DNA from: Actinomycetota bacterium
GTDB taxonomy: Bacteria; Actinomycetota; Thermoleophilia; Gaiellales; Gaiellaceae
Direction: 5' to 3'
NCBI GenBank assembly: GCA_005884005.1
Contig: VAWI01000014.1
Coordinates: 6,649-70,648 of the forward strand
Length of the DNA: 64,000 nt
Shown here: positions 1-9,402 of the stretch, piece by piece
How positions within the stretch are numbered: the stretch's first letter is position 1
Layout of the letters: each line of letters opens with the position of its first letter
Translations under genes and position numbers: made by a program
Notes under the pieces: generated by a model
Database searches by the model: none
What the model saw: the letters and a program-made list of their open reading frames with translations, nothing else
Told to the model about the DNA's origin: nothing

Positions 1-1
1 C

Positions 2-232
2 GCGCCGCAGCTCGTGGTCAAGCGAGTCTTCGACGGGGAGCCCCGCTACCGTGAGCTGCGCGACTGGCTGGCCGGCCTCTGGCGCGATGGAGCGTCGGCG
101 TGGCCGGAAGAGGCGGCGGCGATCTTCGCCGAGCTCGAGCTCGGCAGGGGAGAGCAGCGGCGGCATCTCCTGGAATCGCCGACGTTCTGCCGCCTGCTGG
201 AGGAGCCGTCGACGCTCGCCGAAGCGGCCTAA
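2..232 (+). CDS. 3' end of an unidentified CDS that begins upstream of the window
   Basis: Frame 2 is open from the window edge to TAA 230-232 with GC3-rich codons. The roughly 76 visible residues (ending ESPTFCRLLEEPSTLAEAA) match no family I recognise. Confidence 0.35.
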   Translation, partial: APQLVVKRVFDGEPRYRELRDWLAGLWRDGASAWPEEAAAIFAELELGRGEQRRHLLESPTFCRLLEEPSTLAEAA

Positions 233-426
233 CCGATCCTCAGCCGGGCCTCGAGGGCGTCGCCGGAACCTCGTCCACGAAAAGTAGGGCGCCCGAGGCA
301 TCGCTTGCAATGCCGGCTGAGAGGTCGCGCGATTCACTCGCGCGGCCGCTAATCCCGGTTCAAGGTTCGGGCTCGGGTCGGCTCGCCAGAGAAGGTCACG
401 GGAAAGACCCGGAGTACACTTTTTCT

Positions 427-2622
427 ATGACCGTCCTCGAAACCGGCGAGAGGCATCAAGAGCTGCTCGACGAGCTGCTCTCGGACATTGAGGCCTACAA
501 CCCCGATGTCGATCGCGAGCTGCTCTCAAGGGCATTCCGCTTCGCCGCTGCCGCGCACGAAGGGCAGCAGCGCCGCTCCGGCGAGGCGTTCATTCGCCAC
601 CCCTGGGGCGCCGCGAAGATCCTCGCCGAGCTGCGTCAGGATGAGCAGACGATCGCCGCCGCGCTTCTCCACGATGTCGTCGAGGACACTGAAACCGAGA
701 TGGACGAAGTGCGGACGGAGTTTGGGGACGAGATCGCGCAGCTGGTCGAGGGCGTCACCAAGCTGACGCGGATCCATTTCCAGAGCCGCGAGCAGGCGGA
801 GGCGGAGAACTACCGGAAGATGATCGCCGCGATGGTCGGGGACGAGCGCGTGATCCTGATCAAGCTCGCGGACCGCCTCCACAACATGCGGACGATCGAG
901 TATCTCGGCAAGCAGAAGCAGCTGCAGAAGGCCCGCGAGACCCTCGAGGTCTACGCGCCGCTCGCGCACCGCCTCGGTATCCACAAGCTCAAGTGGGAGC
1001 TCGAGGACCTCGCATTCGAGACGCTTCATCCGCGCAAGTACGAGGAGATCAAGACGATGGTCGCCGAGCGGCGGACCGATCGCGAAGAGCACGTCTCCGA
1101 GGCATCAGGCACCTTGCAGCACGAGCTCGACAAGGTCGACATCCCGGCCGAGATCTTGGGCCGCGCGAAGCACTTCTACTCGATCTACGACAAGATGGCC
1201 AAGAAGGGCCGCGAGTTCAACGAGATCTACGACCTGACCGCGATGCGGGTGATCGTGGAGCGGTCTGGTGACGAGGGCACGCGCGACTGCTACGGCGCCC
1301 TGGGACTTATCCATTCGCTCTGGAAGCCGATGCCGGGGCGGTTCAAGGACTACATCGCGATGCCGAAGTTCAACGCGTATCGGTCGCTGCACACGACCGT
1401 GATCGGACCCGAGGGCAGGCCGCTCGAGATCCAGGTGCGGACGCGCGACATGCACGAGATCGCCGAGCTCGGCGTTGCGGCGCACTGGCTGTACAAGCGC
1501 GGCAAGCGCGACCCGCAGTGGACGGCCTGGGCGAAGCAGCTGATGGAGTCGCAGGCCGACGAGGCCGACCCGCGCGAGTTCATGAAGACGTTCCGCACCG
1601 ATCTCTTCGACGAGGAGGTCTACGTGTTCACGCCCCAGGGAGAGGTGAAGAGCCTGCCCGCCGAGGCGACGCCGATCGACTTCGCCTACGCAGTGCACAC
1701 GGATCTCGGGCACCGCACGGTGGGTGCCAAGATCAACGGCCGAATCGTGCCGCTTCACTACCGGCTGAAGAGCGGCGACGTGGTCGAGATCCTGACCACG
1801 AAGACGGGACGCGGCCCGTCCCGCGACTGGATGGCGCTCGCGGCCTCGTCGCGCGCCCGCAACAAGATCCGCCAGTGGTTCTCGCGCGAGACACGTGAGG
1901 AGACCGAGCGGAAGGGTCGCGACGCGCTCGAGCAGGGCCTCAAGAAGCAGAGCCTTCCCTACAAGAAGCTCGTCGGGTCCGCCGTCCTCGCGCAGGTGAT
2001 CCGCGAGACCGGCTTCAAGAAGGCCGAGGACTTCTATGTCGCGCTGGGCTCGGGCAAGGTGCCGGTGGGCCAGATCGTCAACAAGGTCCTGAACCGGCTG
2101 AAGACGGAAGAGGTTGCCCAGGAAGAGGCAGTCCCGCTCAAGGCCCCCAAGGCCGGCCGTGCGATCGCCGGCGGCGATCTCGGCATCCGGGTCAAGGGGG
2201 TCGAGGACGTCCTCGTCCGGCTGGCCAAGTGCTGTACGCCCGTGCCGGGCGACGAGATCGTCGGCTACATCTCGATGGGCAAGGGCATCACGATTCACCG
2301 GGCCGACTGCTCGAACGTGAAGGCCCTCCGCCGCAACCCCGAGCGATTCACGCCGGTCGACTGGGACGGCGGCGCCACCCACAGCTTTCTCGTGCAGATC
2401 GCCGTCGACTCGTGGGACCGGCCGCGGCTACTCGAGGATGTGGCGCGCACCTTCGCCGAGCACGGCGCCAACATCGTCGAGTACGGAGGCCACGTCGAGG
2501 ATCAGCTGGCGAAGAACTGGTACACGGTCGAGGTCGGCGACGTGAAGGCTCTCCGTGGGCTGCTGACCGCTCTCCGAAACCTCGACGCGGTCTTCGACGC
2601 CTATCGCGTCACACCGTCGTAA
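427..2622 (+). CDS. rel: bifunctional (p)ppGpp synthetase/hydrolase (RelA/SpoT homologue)
   Basis: HD hydrolase motif (HDVVEDT), synthetase core (YRSLHTTVIGPEGRPLEIQVRT), TGS region (VFTPQGEV...GDVVEI) and a C-terminal ACT-like region. I start at ATG 427 (MTVLETGE) instead of the ORF-track start at 100, because the first 109 codons are Arg/Gly/Ala-rich junk. Confidence 0.95.
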   Translation: MTVLETGERHQELLDELLSDIEAYNPDVDRELLSRAFRFAAAAHEGQQRRSGEAFIRHPWGAAKILAELRQDEQTIAAALLHDVVEDTETEMDEVRTEFGDEIAQLVEGVTKLTRIHFQSREQAEAENYRKMIAAMVGDERVILIKLADRLHNMRTIEYLGKQKQLQKARETLEVYAPLAHRLGIHKLKWELEDLAFETLHPRKYEEIKTMVAERRTDREEHVSEASGTLQHELDKVDIPAEILGRAKHFYSIYDKMAKKGREFNEIYDLTAMRVIVERSGDEGTRDCYGALGLIHSLWKPMPGRFKDYIAMPKFNAYRSLHTTVIGPEGRPLEIQVRTRDMHEIAELGVAAHWLYKRGKRDPQWTAWAKQLMESQADEADPREFMKTFRTDLFDEEVYVFTPQGEVKSLPAEATPIDFAYAVHTDLGHRTVGAKINGRIVPLHYRLKSGDVVEILTTKTGRGPSRDWMALAASSRARNKIRQWFSRETREETERKGRDALEQGLKKQSLPYKKLVGSAVLAQVIRETGFKKAEDFYVALGSGKVPVGQIVNKVLNRLKTEEVAQEEAVPLKAPKAGRAIAGGDLGIRVKGVEDVLVRLAKCCTPVPGDEIVGYISMGKGITIHRADCSNVKALRRNPERFTPVDWDGGATHSFLVQIAVDSWDRPRLLEDVARTFAEHGANIVEYGGHVEDQLAKNWYTVEVGDVKALRGLLTALRNLDAVFDAYRVTPS

Positions 2623-2661
2623 CCTCGCCCGCCAGGCCGAGCCCATTCCGAGCGCCCAAAC

Positions 2662-2691
2662 GAGGGACATGTCCGCCGCTGACATTCCCTC
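2662..2691 (+). terminator. hairpin about 40 nt after the rel stop (GAGGGAcATGTC-N7-GACATTCCCTC)
   Basis: 11 bp of pairing with one bulged C and a 7-nt loop, read directly from the sequence. There is no U-tract, so terminator function is inferred only from position. Confidence 0.35.
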
Positions 2692-2943
2692 GGGGCACCC
2701 CTAACCCACCACCCACTGCGATCCTACTTCCGAAAATGTGCCTCGTTTGCAGCGAAAGCGTGACGATTCCGACGGCTTGAGCACGAATCCCCCGAACGGG
2801 GGTCGTCCCTCGAATGTGCGGGGTACCTCAAACGAGGGATAGGCGCGTTCGGCCAGTTCGACTACAACGAGAGAGGGGAGAGGTCAGCGTGAGCTGGGAC
2901 GCCCGTCGCTTCGAGGACGGCGAGCGGGCGCCCGGCGCGCTTA

Positions 2944-2976
2944 GCGCGCGGAAGGTGCCTAGCACTTTCCGCGCGC
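2944..2976. terminator. 15-bp-stem/3-nt-loop palindrome, member of the GAA(A/G)GTGC-N3-GCACTTTC hairpin family
   Basis: GCGCGCGGAAGGTGC-CTA-GCACTTTCCGCGCGC, with one G-T pair. It lies 35 nt beyond the stop of the minus-strand gene 3011-3346. Confidence 0.4.
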
Positions 2977-3010
2977 GGTTCCATCACATCGCTTCGCTCG
3001 GGTGAACGTC

Positions 3011-3346
3011 TCATCGACCTCCGCCCGTCTCCAGGCGAACCACGTACGGCGAGATCAGCGTCGCCACCCGCTCGACGAACACGCGATCGGCGGCCAGCTC
3101 GAGCGAGCCGACCTCAGAGCCACGGTAGACAACCGGCGCGATGATCACGTCGGCGTCCTCGTCCATAGCCAGCCCGTCGACCAGACTGTCCTTCCCAGCG
3201 AGCTGCAGTTGTGCCGGAGAGATCCCTCGCGAGCGGAGCGCCTCCAGCGTCGCCCGCAGGACGTCGTCGGCGTTCCCGCCGCGGTTGACGATCCGCTCGA
3301 CTGCCTCGAGCGCTCCCGCGTAGTTGCTCGAGTTGCTGCCGCTCAC
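3011..3346 (-). CDS. small hypothetical protein, possibly GAF-like
   Basis: GTG 3346 overlaps the TGA of the upstream thioesterase gene (GTGA), which implies translational coupling. The 111-aa product (…VVYRGSEVGSLELAADRVFVERVATLISPYV) is GAF-like by eye only. The ORF-track start at 3505 lies inside the thioesterase gene. Confidence 0.5.
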   Translation of the reverse strand: MSGSNSSNYAGALEAVERIVNRGGNADDVLRATLEALRSRGISPAQLQLAGKDSLVDGLAMDEDADVIIAPVVYRGSEVGSLELAADRVFVERVATLISPYVVRLETGGGR

Positions 3347-3810
3347 GCGGGCGCGATCTCGCAGTCGCCGTCCTCGAACTCGCGGATCGCATCCCGGTAC
3401 CAGCCGGGAATCGTCCTGGCGCGGCGCTCGGCGAGGTCGACCAGCACAAGCGCTTGCATGGCAGTCACCATCAGCACGTCGTCGCCGACCCGGTAGGCCG
3501 CGCACTCGTACGTTGCGCTGGTCCGGCCGATCTTTCGCATCCGGATAAAGATCTCGATCAAGTCGTCGAACTGTGCAGGGGCGAGGTACTCGACCGAGGA
3601 GGCGCGCATGACGAACTGCTCCTCGCCCATCGCTTCTCCGAGCAGGTCGAGGTGACGGTGGTATTCGACCCGCGCCTGGTCGAAGTACGGCAGGTACCGC
3701 CCGTAATAGACGATGCCCTGGGCGTCCGTGTCCGAGAAACCGACGCGCGTGAAGGCGGCGTACTTGAAGGGCGGCTTGCGGTCGGTGGCGTGGCCGAGCT
3801 CGATGCTCAC
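3343..3810 (-). CDS. acyl-CoA thioesterase, hotdog fold (4HBT/YbgC-like)
   Basis: N-terminal FTRVGFSDTDAQGIVYYGRYLPYFDQARVEY is typical of YbgC/4HBT thioesterases, and the 155-aa size fits. Confidence 0.8.
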   Translation of the reverse strand: MSIELGHATDRKPPFKYAAFTRVGFSDTDAQGIVYYGRYLPYFDQARVEYHRHLDLLGEAMGEEQFVMRASSVEYLAPAQFDDLIEIFIRMRKIGRTSATYECAAYRVGDDVLMVTAMQALVLVDLAERRARTIPGWYRDAIREFEDGDCEIAPA

Positions 3811-5153
3811 GAGCGGATGGCCGCCAAGACTTCGTCCCGCTTGCGCTCCATCAGCTCATGCGTCCGCGCCTCGAGATTCAACCGCAACAGCGGCTCTGTG
3901 TTCGACGGCCGTACGTTCATGTGCCAGTCGCCGGCATCGATCGAGACCCCATCGAGGTGACTCACCTCGCCCTCGCCGCCGAAGCGCTCCTGCAGCTCCT
4001 CCAGCTTCCCGGCCACGTCGGCGACCGGTGTGTTGAGCTCGCCGGTCAGGAAGTACCGGCCGCGGTAGTCGGCGAGGATCTCCGACAGTTTCCGGCCCTC
4101 CTTAGAAACCAGCTCGAGTACGAGCAGGAACGGCACGACCCCCGAGTCCGCCTGCGAGAAGTCGCGAAAGTAATAGTGGCCGGAAACCTCGCCTCCGAAA
4201 GCCGCGCCTTCCTCGCGCATCCGCTGCTTGATGAAGGCATGCCCGACGCGATTGATCAGCGGTACGCCCCCGGCGCGCTCGATCGTCTCCGGCACGGCCC
4301 AGCTCGCGCGGAGGTCGTAGATGATCTTCGCGCCGGGCTCTTTCTCGAGCAGCGACGCGGACAAAAGGGCGGTGACGAAATCGCCGGGTACGAACTCGCC
4401 CGTGTCGTCGACGAAGAAGCAGCGGTCGGCGTCGCCGTCGAACGCAGCGCCGAGGTCGGCGTTCTCCTCCAGCGTCTTCGCCACGATGAACTCGCGGTTC
4501 TCGGGCAGCAACGGGTTCGGCTCGTGGTTCGGAAACGTTCCGTCGGGCTCGAAGAAGCAACGAACGGCGTCGATCGGCAGTCGTTCCAACACGCGTGGCA
4601 GCATCACACCGGCCATGCCGTTCGCGGAGTCGATCACCACCCGCAACGGCTTGATCGCCTCGATCTCGACGAACGAGAGCACCCGCTCGACCCAGGCGGG
4701 CCAGATGTCGTATGGCTCGACAATTCCTCGTGCGGCGCTCGCCCCCCTGCCGTTGATCTTCACCGCGCGATCGCGGATCTCCAGCAACCCCGATTCCCCG
4801 CCTACGGGCAGTGCGCCCCGGCGGACGATCTTCATGCCGGTGTAGTCCTTGGGATTGTGGGACGCCGTGACCGCCACACCGCCGTCGAGCTCCAGATCCC
4901 CGACCGCGAAGTAGAGCATCTCGGTGCCGACCAATCCCAGCGTGAGCACGTCGGCGCCCGCGTCCGCGGCTCCGTCGGTGATCGCCTCTGCCATAGCGGG
5001 GCTCGTCACCCGCATGTCGTGGCCGACGGCGATCCTGCGCGGCTCGAACTGTTCGACGAAGGCACGCCCGATCGCGTAGGCGCCCTCCTCGTCCAGTTCC
5101 GTGGGGTAGATCCCGCGGACGTCGTACGCCTTGAAGACCTTCGGATCGAGCAT
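3807..5153 (-). CDS. phosphomannomutase/phosphoglucomutase
   Basis: Active-site loop VTASHNPKDYTGMK, metal loop FDGDADR, and a 448-aa alpha-D-phosphohexomutase layout. Confidence 0.9.
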   Translation of the reverse strand: MLDPKVFKAYDVRGIYPTELDEEGAYAIGRAFVEQFEPRRIAVGHDMRVTSPAMAEAITDGAADAGADVLTLGLVGTEMLYFAVGDLELDGGVAVTASHNPKDYTGMKIVRRGALPVGGESGLLEIRDRAVKINGRGASAARGIVEPYDIWPAWVERVLSFVEIEAIKPLRVVIDSANGMAGVMLPRVLERLPIDAVRCFFEPDGTFPNHEPNPLLPENREFIVAKTLEENADLGAAFDGDADRCFFVDDTGEFVPGDFVTALLSASLLEKEPGAKIIYDLRASWAVPETIERAGGVPLINRVGHAFIKQRMREEGAAFGGEVSGHYYFRDFSQADSGVVPFLLVLELVSKEGRKLSEILADYRGRYFLTGELNTPVADVAGKLEELQERFGGEGEVSHLDGVSIDAGDWHMNVRPSNTEPLLRLNLEARTHELMERKRDEVLAAIRS

Positions 5154-5254
5154 GGCCCGGATGCTAACGAGACAACTCGAACCGTGGTTTTCGGCTTGAA
5201 ACCTGGATTTTCAGGGACTTTTGACGGCCGCGCGGTCGTTCATAGACTTAGGCC

Positions 5255-8206
5255 GTGGAACGAAAGCTGGCAACCGTCCTGTTCGTCGACCTGGTCGATT
5301 CGACCTCGCTCGTCGCCGGGGCCGACCCGGAGGTCGCCCGGCGACGGGTGACCCAGTTCTTCGAGCGCGTCTCGCATTGCGTGACCACGCACGGCGGCAT
5401 CGTCGAGAAGTTCGCGGGCGACGCCGTCCTCGCCGCGTTCGGCATCCCCCAGGCCCACGAGGACGATGCCGAGCGCGCGGTTCGCGCTGCGCTCGCGATG
5501 CTCGACTCAGTCGGTGAGCTGGGGCTCGAGGCACGAGTCGGTGTCGAGTCGGGCGAGGTCGTCGTCGACGAAAGCGACTCCACCTTCGCGACCGGCGAGG
5601 CGGTGACCCTGGCGGCACGTCTCCAGCAGGCCGCCGGCGCCGGGGAGGTGCTGATCGGCCCCCATGCCTACCGGCTGACGAGCGGACGGGTACAGGCCGA
5701 GGACGTCGGTCCGCTCGACGTCAAGGGCTTCGGCGACCGGATTTGGACTTGGCGGGCTGAGGCGGTTCTCGACACTGCACCGACGCGCGGCGGGATCGCG
5801 GCGCCTCTGGTCGGACGCGAGGCCGAGCTCGAGCTCCTGCAGAACACCTACGAACGCGCCGTCCGAAACCGCCGCGCGCATCTGTTCACGATCTACGGTG
5901 ACCCGGGCGTCGGTAAGAGCAGGCTCGCGCGCGAGTTCGTCGAGGGCCTCGAAGGCGCGACGGTCCTCGCCGGGCGAGCGCTGCCCTACGGCGAGAGCGT
6001 TACCTACTGGCCGCTCGCCGAGATGGTCAAGTCCGCCGCGGGCATCACCGACGACGATCCACTCGAAGTGGCCGTTGAGAAGCTGCGGGAATCGTGCGAG
6101 AACGAGGCGATCGCCGACCTGCTCGGCCTCGCCTCCGGGGTGCTCGAGGCAGTCAAGGGTGAGCGGAGCCAGCAGGAGATCGCCTGGGCTGCGCGCGAAT
6201 GGGTCGAGCGGATGGCCCACGACCAGCCGCTCGTACTCGCTTTCGAGGACATCCACTGGGCCGAGGACGCGCTCCTCGACCTGATCGAGCATCTCGCCGA
6301 GTGGGTGCGGGATGCGCCGCTCTTGATCATCAGCCTTGCCCGCGCCGAGCTGCTCGACGTCCGTCCTGGCTGGGGCGGGGGGCGCGTTCGTGCGACCGCG
6401 ATCGAGCTCGAGCCTCTGGGTCGAGAGGAGAGCGAGGAACTGATCGACGCGCTCGCGTCAAACGGGGTGATCGGGGGTGAGGCCCGCGAGGCTCTGCTGG
6501 ACAAAACCGAGGGCAACCCGCTCTTCGTCGAGGAGACGGTACGCATGCTCGCTGAATGCGAGGGGCGACCGCTCTCCGAGTTCGCCCAGCGGATCCCCGA
6601 CACGCTCCAGGCGCTGATCGCGGCCCGCATCGACCGGTTGCCGCCGGAAGAGAAGACGGTGCTCCAGCACGCCTCGGTGATCGGCCGTACGTTCTGGGGC
6701 GGGGCGATCAAGGAGCTGACAGCGGAGTTCGAAGAGCTCGAGTCCGTGCTCGAGACGCTGCTGCTGCGGGAATTCCTCGTCCCCGAGTTGCGATCGTCGA
6801 TCTCGGGCGAGACCGCGTACCGCTTCAAGCACGTTCTGATCCGCGAGGTGGCGTACTCGGGTCTTTCGAAGTCCGCCCGAGCCGATCTGCATGCGCGCTT
6901 CGCTCACTGGCTGCGCGAGCGGACGGGCGAAGAGCTGCTCGAGATCCGCGCCTATCACCTGGACCAGGCCGCGGCCCTGATCGCCGAGCTCGAGGGGGCG
7001 CCGCCGACCGAGCTGGCGCATGAGGCCGCCGAGGCGCTCGAGGCGGCCGGACGGCGGTCGCTCGCGCGAGAAGCGAACCGATCCGCGCGAAAACAGCTGC
7101 TGCGTGCGCTCGAGCTGGAGCCGACACTGGAGCGCCGCTACCAAGCCGCCCGGGCAGCCTGGCGACTCGGTGACATGCCGGTCGTCTCGAAGGAGATGGA
7201 ACGCGTCCGCGCCGACGCCGCCGAGCAGGGCGACCGCTGGTGCGAAGCCCGCGCGCTCTCGGCGCTCTCCGAGGTCGCGCTCAACCGGGACGCCGACGTC
7301 GACGAGGCCAACCGCCTCGCGGCACTCGCCCTCGACGTCGCGGACGGCAACGACTACGAGCCGCGCTTCGACGCGCTTCACGTCCTCAACACGGGCGCCT
7401 GGTGGCGCGGGCGGCTCACCGATTCCGAACGCTATGCCCGCGATCAGCTTGCGCTCGCCCAGGAGGCTGGGCGCGAAGATCTCGAAGCCCGCGCGGCTGT
7501 CGATCTGGCCGGTGTGCATACGGCGCGCAAGGACTACGACCTTGCGGCGCCGCTCTACGCCCGCGCCCTGGAACTCGCCGAGCAAAGCGGCTCGATCGTC
7601 GCCCGAGGCCATGCCCTCGCCTCCTCCGGAGATTTCGCGATCTACCGCGAGGACTACGACGACGCTTGGCGTCAGCTCGAGGAGGCCCGGGCTCTCTACG
7701 AAGAAGCAGGAGTCGCCTCGTTGCTCGGGCGCGTGCTCTACCGCCTCGGGGTGGTCGCCTGGCACCAGGGAGACCTCGATCGAGCCGAACGCTTGAGCCG
7801 CGAGTCGATCCGGACGCTCGCTCCACTAGAAGACCGGGGCACGCTCTGCGAGGCGCAGCGGCGACTTGCCGAGGTCCTGCTCGATAAGGGGAAGCTCGAC
7901 GAATCCGAGCGTTACGCGGAGGCGGCACTCGATACGGTCGGCCCCCAGGACATGAGCTCGAGGGCATCGACCCGGTCCACCCTCGCCCGCGTACGGAGCG
8001 CTCAGGGGCGGTTCGACGACGCCGAGAAGCTTCTCCGCGAGGCGGCGGACATCATCGAGCAGACCGAGTACTGCGCCTTCGGCGCGGCCTCTCTCGAGGC
8101 CCTCGCTCAGCTGCTGCGAGACCGCGGCCGAGAGGACGAGGCCGAAGTCTTCGAGCGGCGGCTCGAGGACACGAGAGTCGCCTCCAGCGCTGCCCGAATC
8201 GCTTGA
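5255..8206 (+). CDS. class III adenylate/guanylate cyclase domain fused to an AAA/STAND ATPase and TPR repeats
   Basis: The N-terminus LATVLFVDLVDSTSL...FAGDAVLAAFG is a cyclase catalytic domain. This is followed by the Walker A motif GDPGVGKSRL and a long helical-repeat C-terminus. GTG start at 5255. Confidence 0.85.
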   Translation: MERKLATVLFVDLVDSTSLVAGADPEVARRRVTQFFERVSHCVTTHGGIVEKFAGDAVLAAFGIPQAHEDDAERAVRAALAMLDSVGELGLEARVGVESGEVVVDESDSTFATGEAVTLAARLQQAAGAGEVLIGPHAYRLTSGRVQAEDVGPLDVKGFGDRIWTWRAEAVLDTAPTRGGIAAPLVGREAELELLQNTYERAVRNRRAHLFTIYGDPGVGKSRLAREFVEGLEGATVLAGRALPYGESVTYWPLAEMVKSAAGITDDDPLEVAVEKLRESCENEAIADLLGLASGVLEAVKGERSQQEIAWAAREWVERMAHDQPLVLAFEDIHWAEDALLDLIEHLAEWVRDAPLLIISLARAELLDVRPGWGGGRVRATAIELEPLGREESEELIDALASNGVIGGEAREALLDKTEGNPLFVEETVRMLAECEGRPLSEFAQRIPDTLQALIAARIDRLPPEEKTVLQHASVIGRTFWGGAIKELTAEFEELESVLETLLLREFLVPELRSSISGETAYRFKHVLIREVAYSGLSKSARADLHARFAHWLRERTGEELLEIRAYHLDQAAALIAELEGAPPTELAHEAAEALEAAGRRSLAREANRSARKQLLRALELEPTLERRYQAARAAWRLGDMPVVSKEMERVRADAAEQGDRWCEARALSALSEVALNRDADVDEANRLAALALDVADGNDYEPRFDALHVLNTGAWWRGRLTDSERYARDQLALAQEAGREDLEARAAVDLAGVHTARKDYDLAAPLYARALELAEQSGSIVARGHALASSGDFAIYREDYDDAWRQLEEARALYEEAGVASLLGRVLYRLGVVAWHQGDLDRAERLSRESIRTLAPLEDRGTLCEAQRRLAEVLLDKGKLDESERYAEAALDTVGPQDMSSRASTRSTLARVRSAQGRFDDAEKLLREAADIIEQTEYCAFGAASLEALAQLLRDRGREDEAEVFERRLEDTRVASSAARIA

Positions 8207-8988
8207 TGTGACGCCTCGTCCGGCGACTCGCTGATCACGGTTGCCGGGCGTTCGAACCGCGCGAGCGCCTCGCCGAGCGGCTCGGCCCGTAGCGTTCCCT
8301 TGCCGTAGGGCAGGTGCTTGGTCTCGTTGCGGTTTGCATACGCGATGTCGGAGAAGTGGACGTGGAACGGGGAGCCGGGCTCGAGCACGGCGTCGGCGCT
8401 TTCGAGGATCTCGGCGAACGCCTCGGTCTCGGTGAAGCCGCCGTCCGTGACGGCGTGCAGGTGGGCGAAGTCGACGACCGGCCGAACCCAACCCGTACGC
8501 GCGGCGATCGTGAGAACATCCTCGGCCGTCCCGAGCTCGCGGACACGGCCCATGATCTCCACTCCGAACGGCACTGCCCGGTTTTTGCCCTCGAGGCGCT
8601 GGCGGAGCTCGCCCAGCTGCTCGACGACCGAGTCGATCGCATCCGCGCGCTCGCGGCCGAGCAAGAAGCCCGGGTGGAAGACGACGAGCTCGGCCCCTGC
8701 TGCCTTGGCGATCCCGGCGGAGTGGTCGAGCATCCCAACGGCCATTCGCTGCTTCTTGTCCAGTTCGACATGACCCATGAAGCCCGCGATCGGCGCGTGG
8801 ACCGAGAGCACGATTCCGGCCTTGCCTGCACGCTGCCCGAACCGCTCCGCCCACGGGTAGTCCATCCAGAACTTGCCCTCGAAATCGATCTCGCAGGCCG
8901 TGTACCCGCGCTCCTGGAGCAACTCGATCGCCTGCTCAGGACTCTCGCGTGAGGGAACTCGAGCCGGCCCAAAACGAAGCTCGCCCAT
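8107..8988 (-). CDS. xylose-isomerase-like TIM-barrel protein (AP endonuclease family 2 / Nfo-like)
   Basis: Start at ATG 8988 (MGELRFGP). Motifs VFHPG, FGVEIMG, VVDFAHLH and HVHFSD resemble the metal ligand strands of sugar-phosphate isomerase/endonuclease IV folds. The upstream part of the 498-aa track ORF is junk. Confidence 0.65.
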   Translation of the reverse strand: MGELRFGPARVPSRESPEQAIELLQERGYTACEIDFEGKFWMDYPWAERFGQRAGKAGIVLSVHAPIAGFMGHVELDKKQRMAVGMLDHSAGIAKAAGAELVVFHPGFLLGRERADAIDSVVEQLGELRQRLEGKNRAVPFGVEIMGRVRELGTAEDVLTIAARTGWVRPVVDFAHLHAVTDGGFTETEAFAEILESADAVLEPGSPFHVHFSDIAYANRNETKHLPYGKGTLRAEPLGEALARFERPATVISESPDEASHQAIRAALEATLVSSSRRSKTSASSSRPRSRSS

Positions 8989-9004
8989 GGAAAGGCAGCG
9001 TATC

Positions 9005-9104
9005 GCCGGCGGAGCCGGGCTTCGCCCGGCGGGAGCCGAGGCGACGCGCGCGTTGCCTCGGCGAGAAGAAGGGGGCTCATGGGGGAAACATGGTTTCCCC
9101 CATG
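9005..9104 (+). repeat. copy A of a roughly 100-nt intergenic repeat ending in a perfect 12-bp/3-nt-loop hairpin
   Basis: Block 1 (9005-9038, GCCGGCGGAGCCGGGCTTCGCCCGGCGGGAGCCG) and block 2 (9052-9104) reappear reverse-complemented at 12008-12124. The hairpin CATGGGGGAAAC-ATG-GTTTCCCCCATG spans 9078-9104. Confidence 0.7.
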
Positions 9105-9135
9105 TGTCGTCCGACCCTTTTCTTACGCTCTTTCC

Positions 9136-9378
9136 ATGCCGAAACGCCCGAGCCGCATCGACTTGCTCGAACTCGATATCGACCTTCGTCTCGCCGATCT
9201 CTGGCGTGAGGCCGGCGAGATCGATGACTGGAACATCGAAGTCGTCGCGGCCTTCATGCGCGCCGCCTACGGGAAGGGCTACTGCGACGCGCTGACGGAA
9301 GATTCGCCCGGCAGCCTTTGCGAAGAGCACGGCTACCGGGTGCCCGCGCGGCGGGCCACGGCGACACCCGAAGCCTGA
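9136..9378 (+). CDS. hypothetical protein (80 aa from ATG 9136; may start at ATG 9079 inside the repeat hairpin)
   Basis: ORF with normal codon bias (MPKRPSRIDLLELDIDLRLADLWREAGEIDDW...). No family recognised. Confidence 0.45.
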   Translation: MPKRPSRIDLLELDIDLRLADLWREAGEIDDWNIEVVAAFMRAAYGKGYCDALTEDSPGSLCEEHGYRVPARRATATPEA

Positions 9379-9402
9379 CCTGCGCCCACTAGCATTCGGC
9401 CT

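Noticed and set aside
100-426. N-terminal 109-codon extension of rel offered by the ORF track.
   Set aside because: The sequence is Arg/Gly/Ala junk and overlaps the end of the preceding CDS. Homologous Rel proteins begin close to the MTVLETGE...LLSRAFRFAAAAHEGQ region.
2889-3005. 38-codon ORF (VSWDARRFEDGERAPG...) with a strong purine-rich Shine-Dalgarno-like run (GAGAGGGGAGAGG) 6 nt upstream.
   Set aside because: The ORF contains the 2944-2976 terminator-type palindrome and has no recognisable features. A GC-rich genome yields such short ORFs by chance. I kept it only as a footnote to the intergenic finding.
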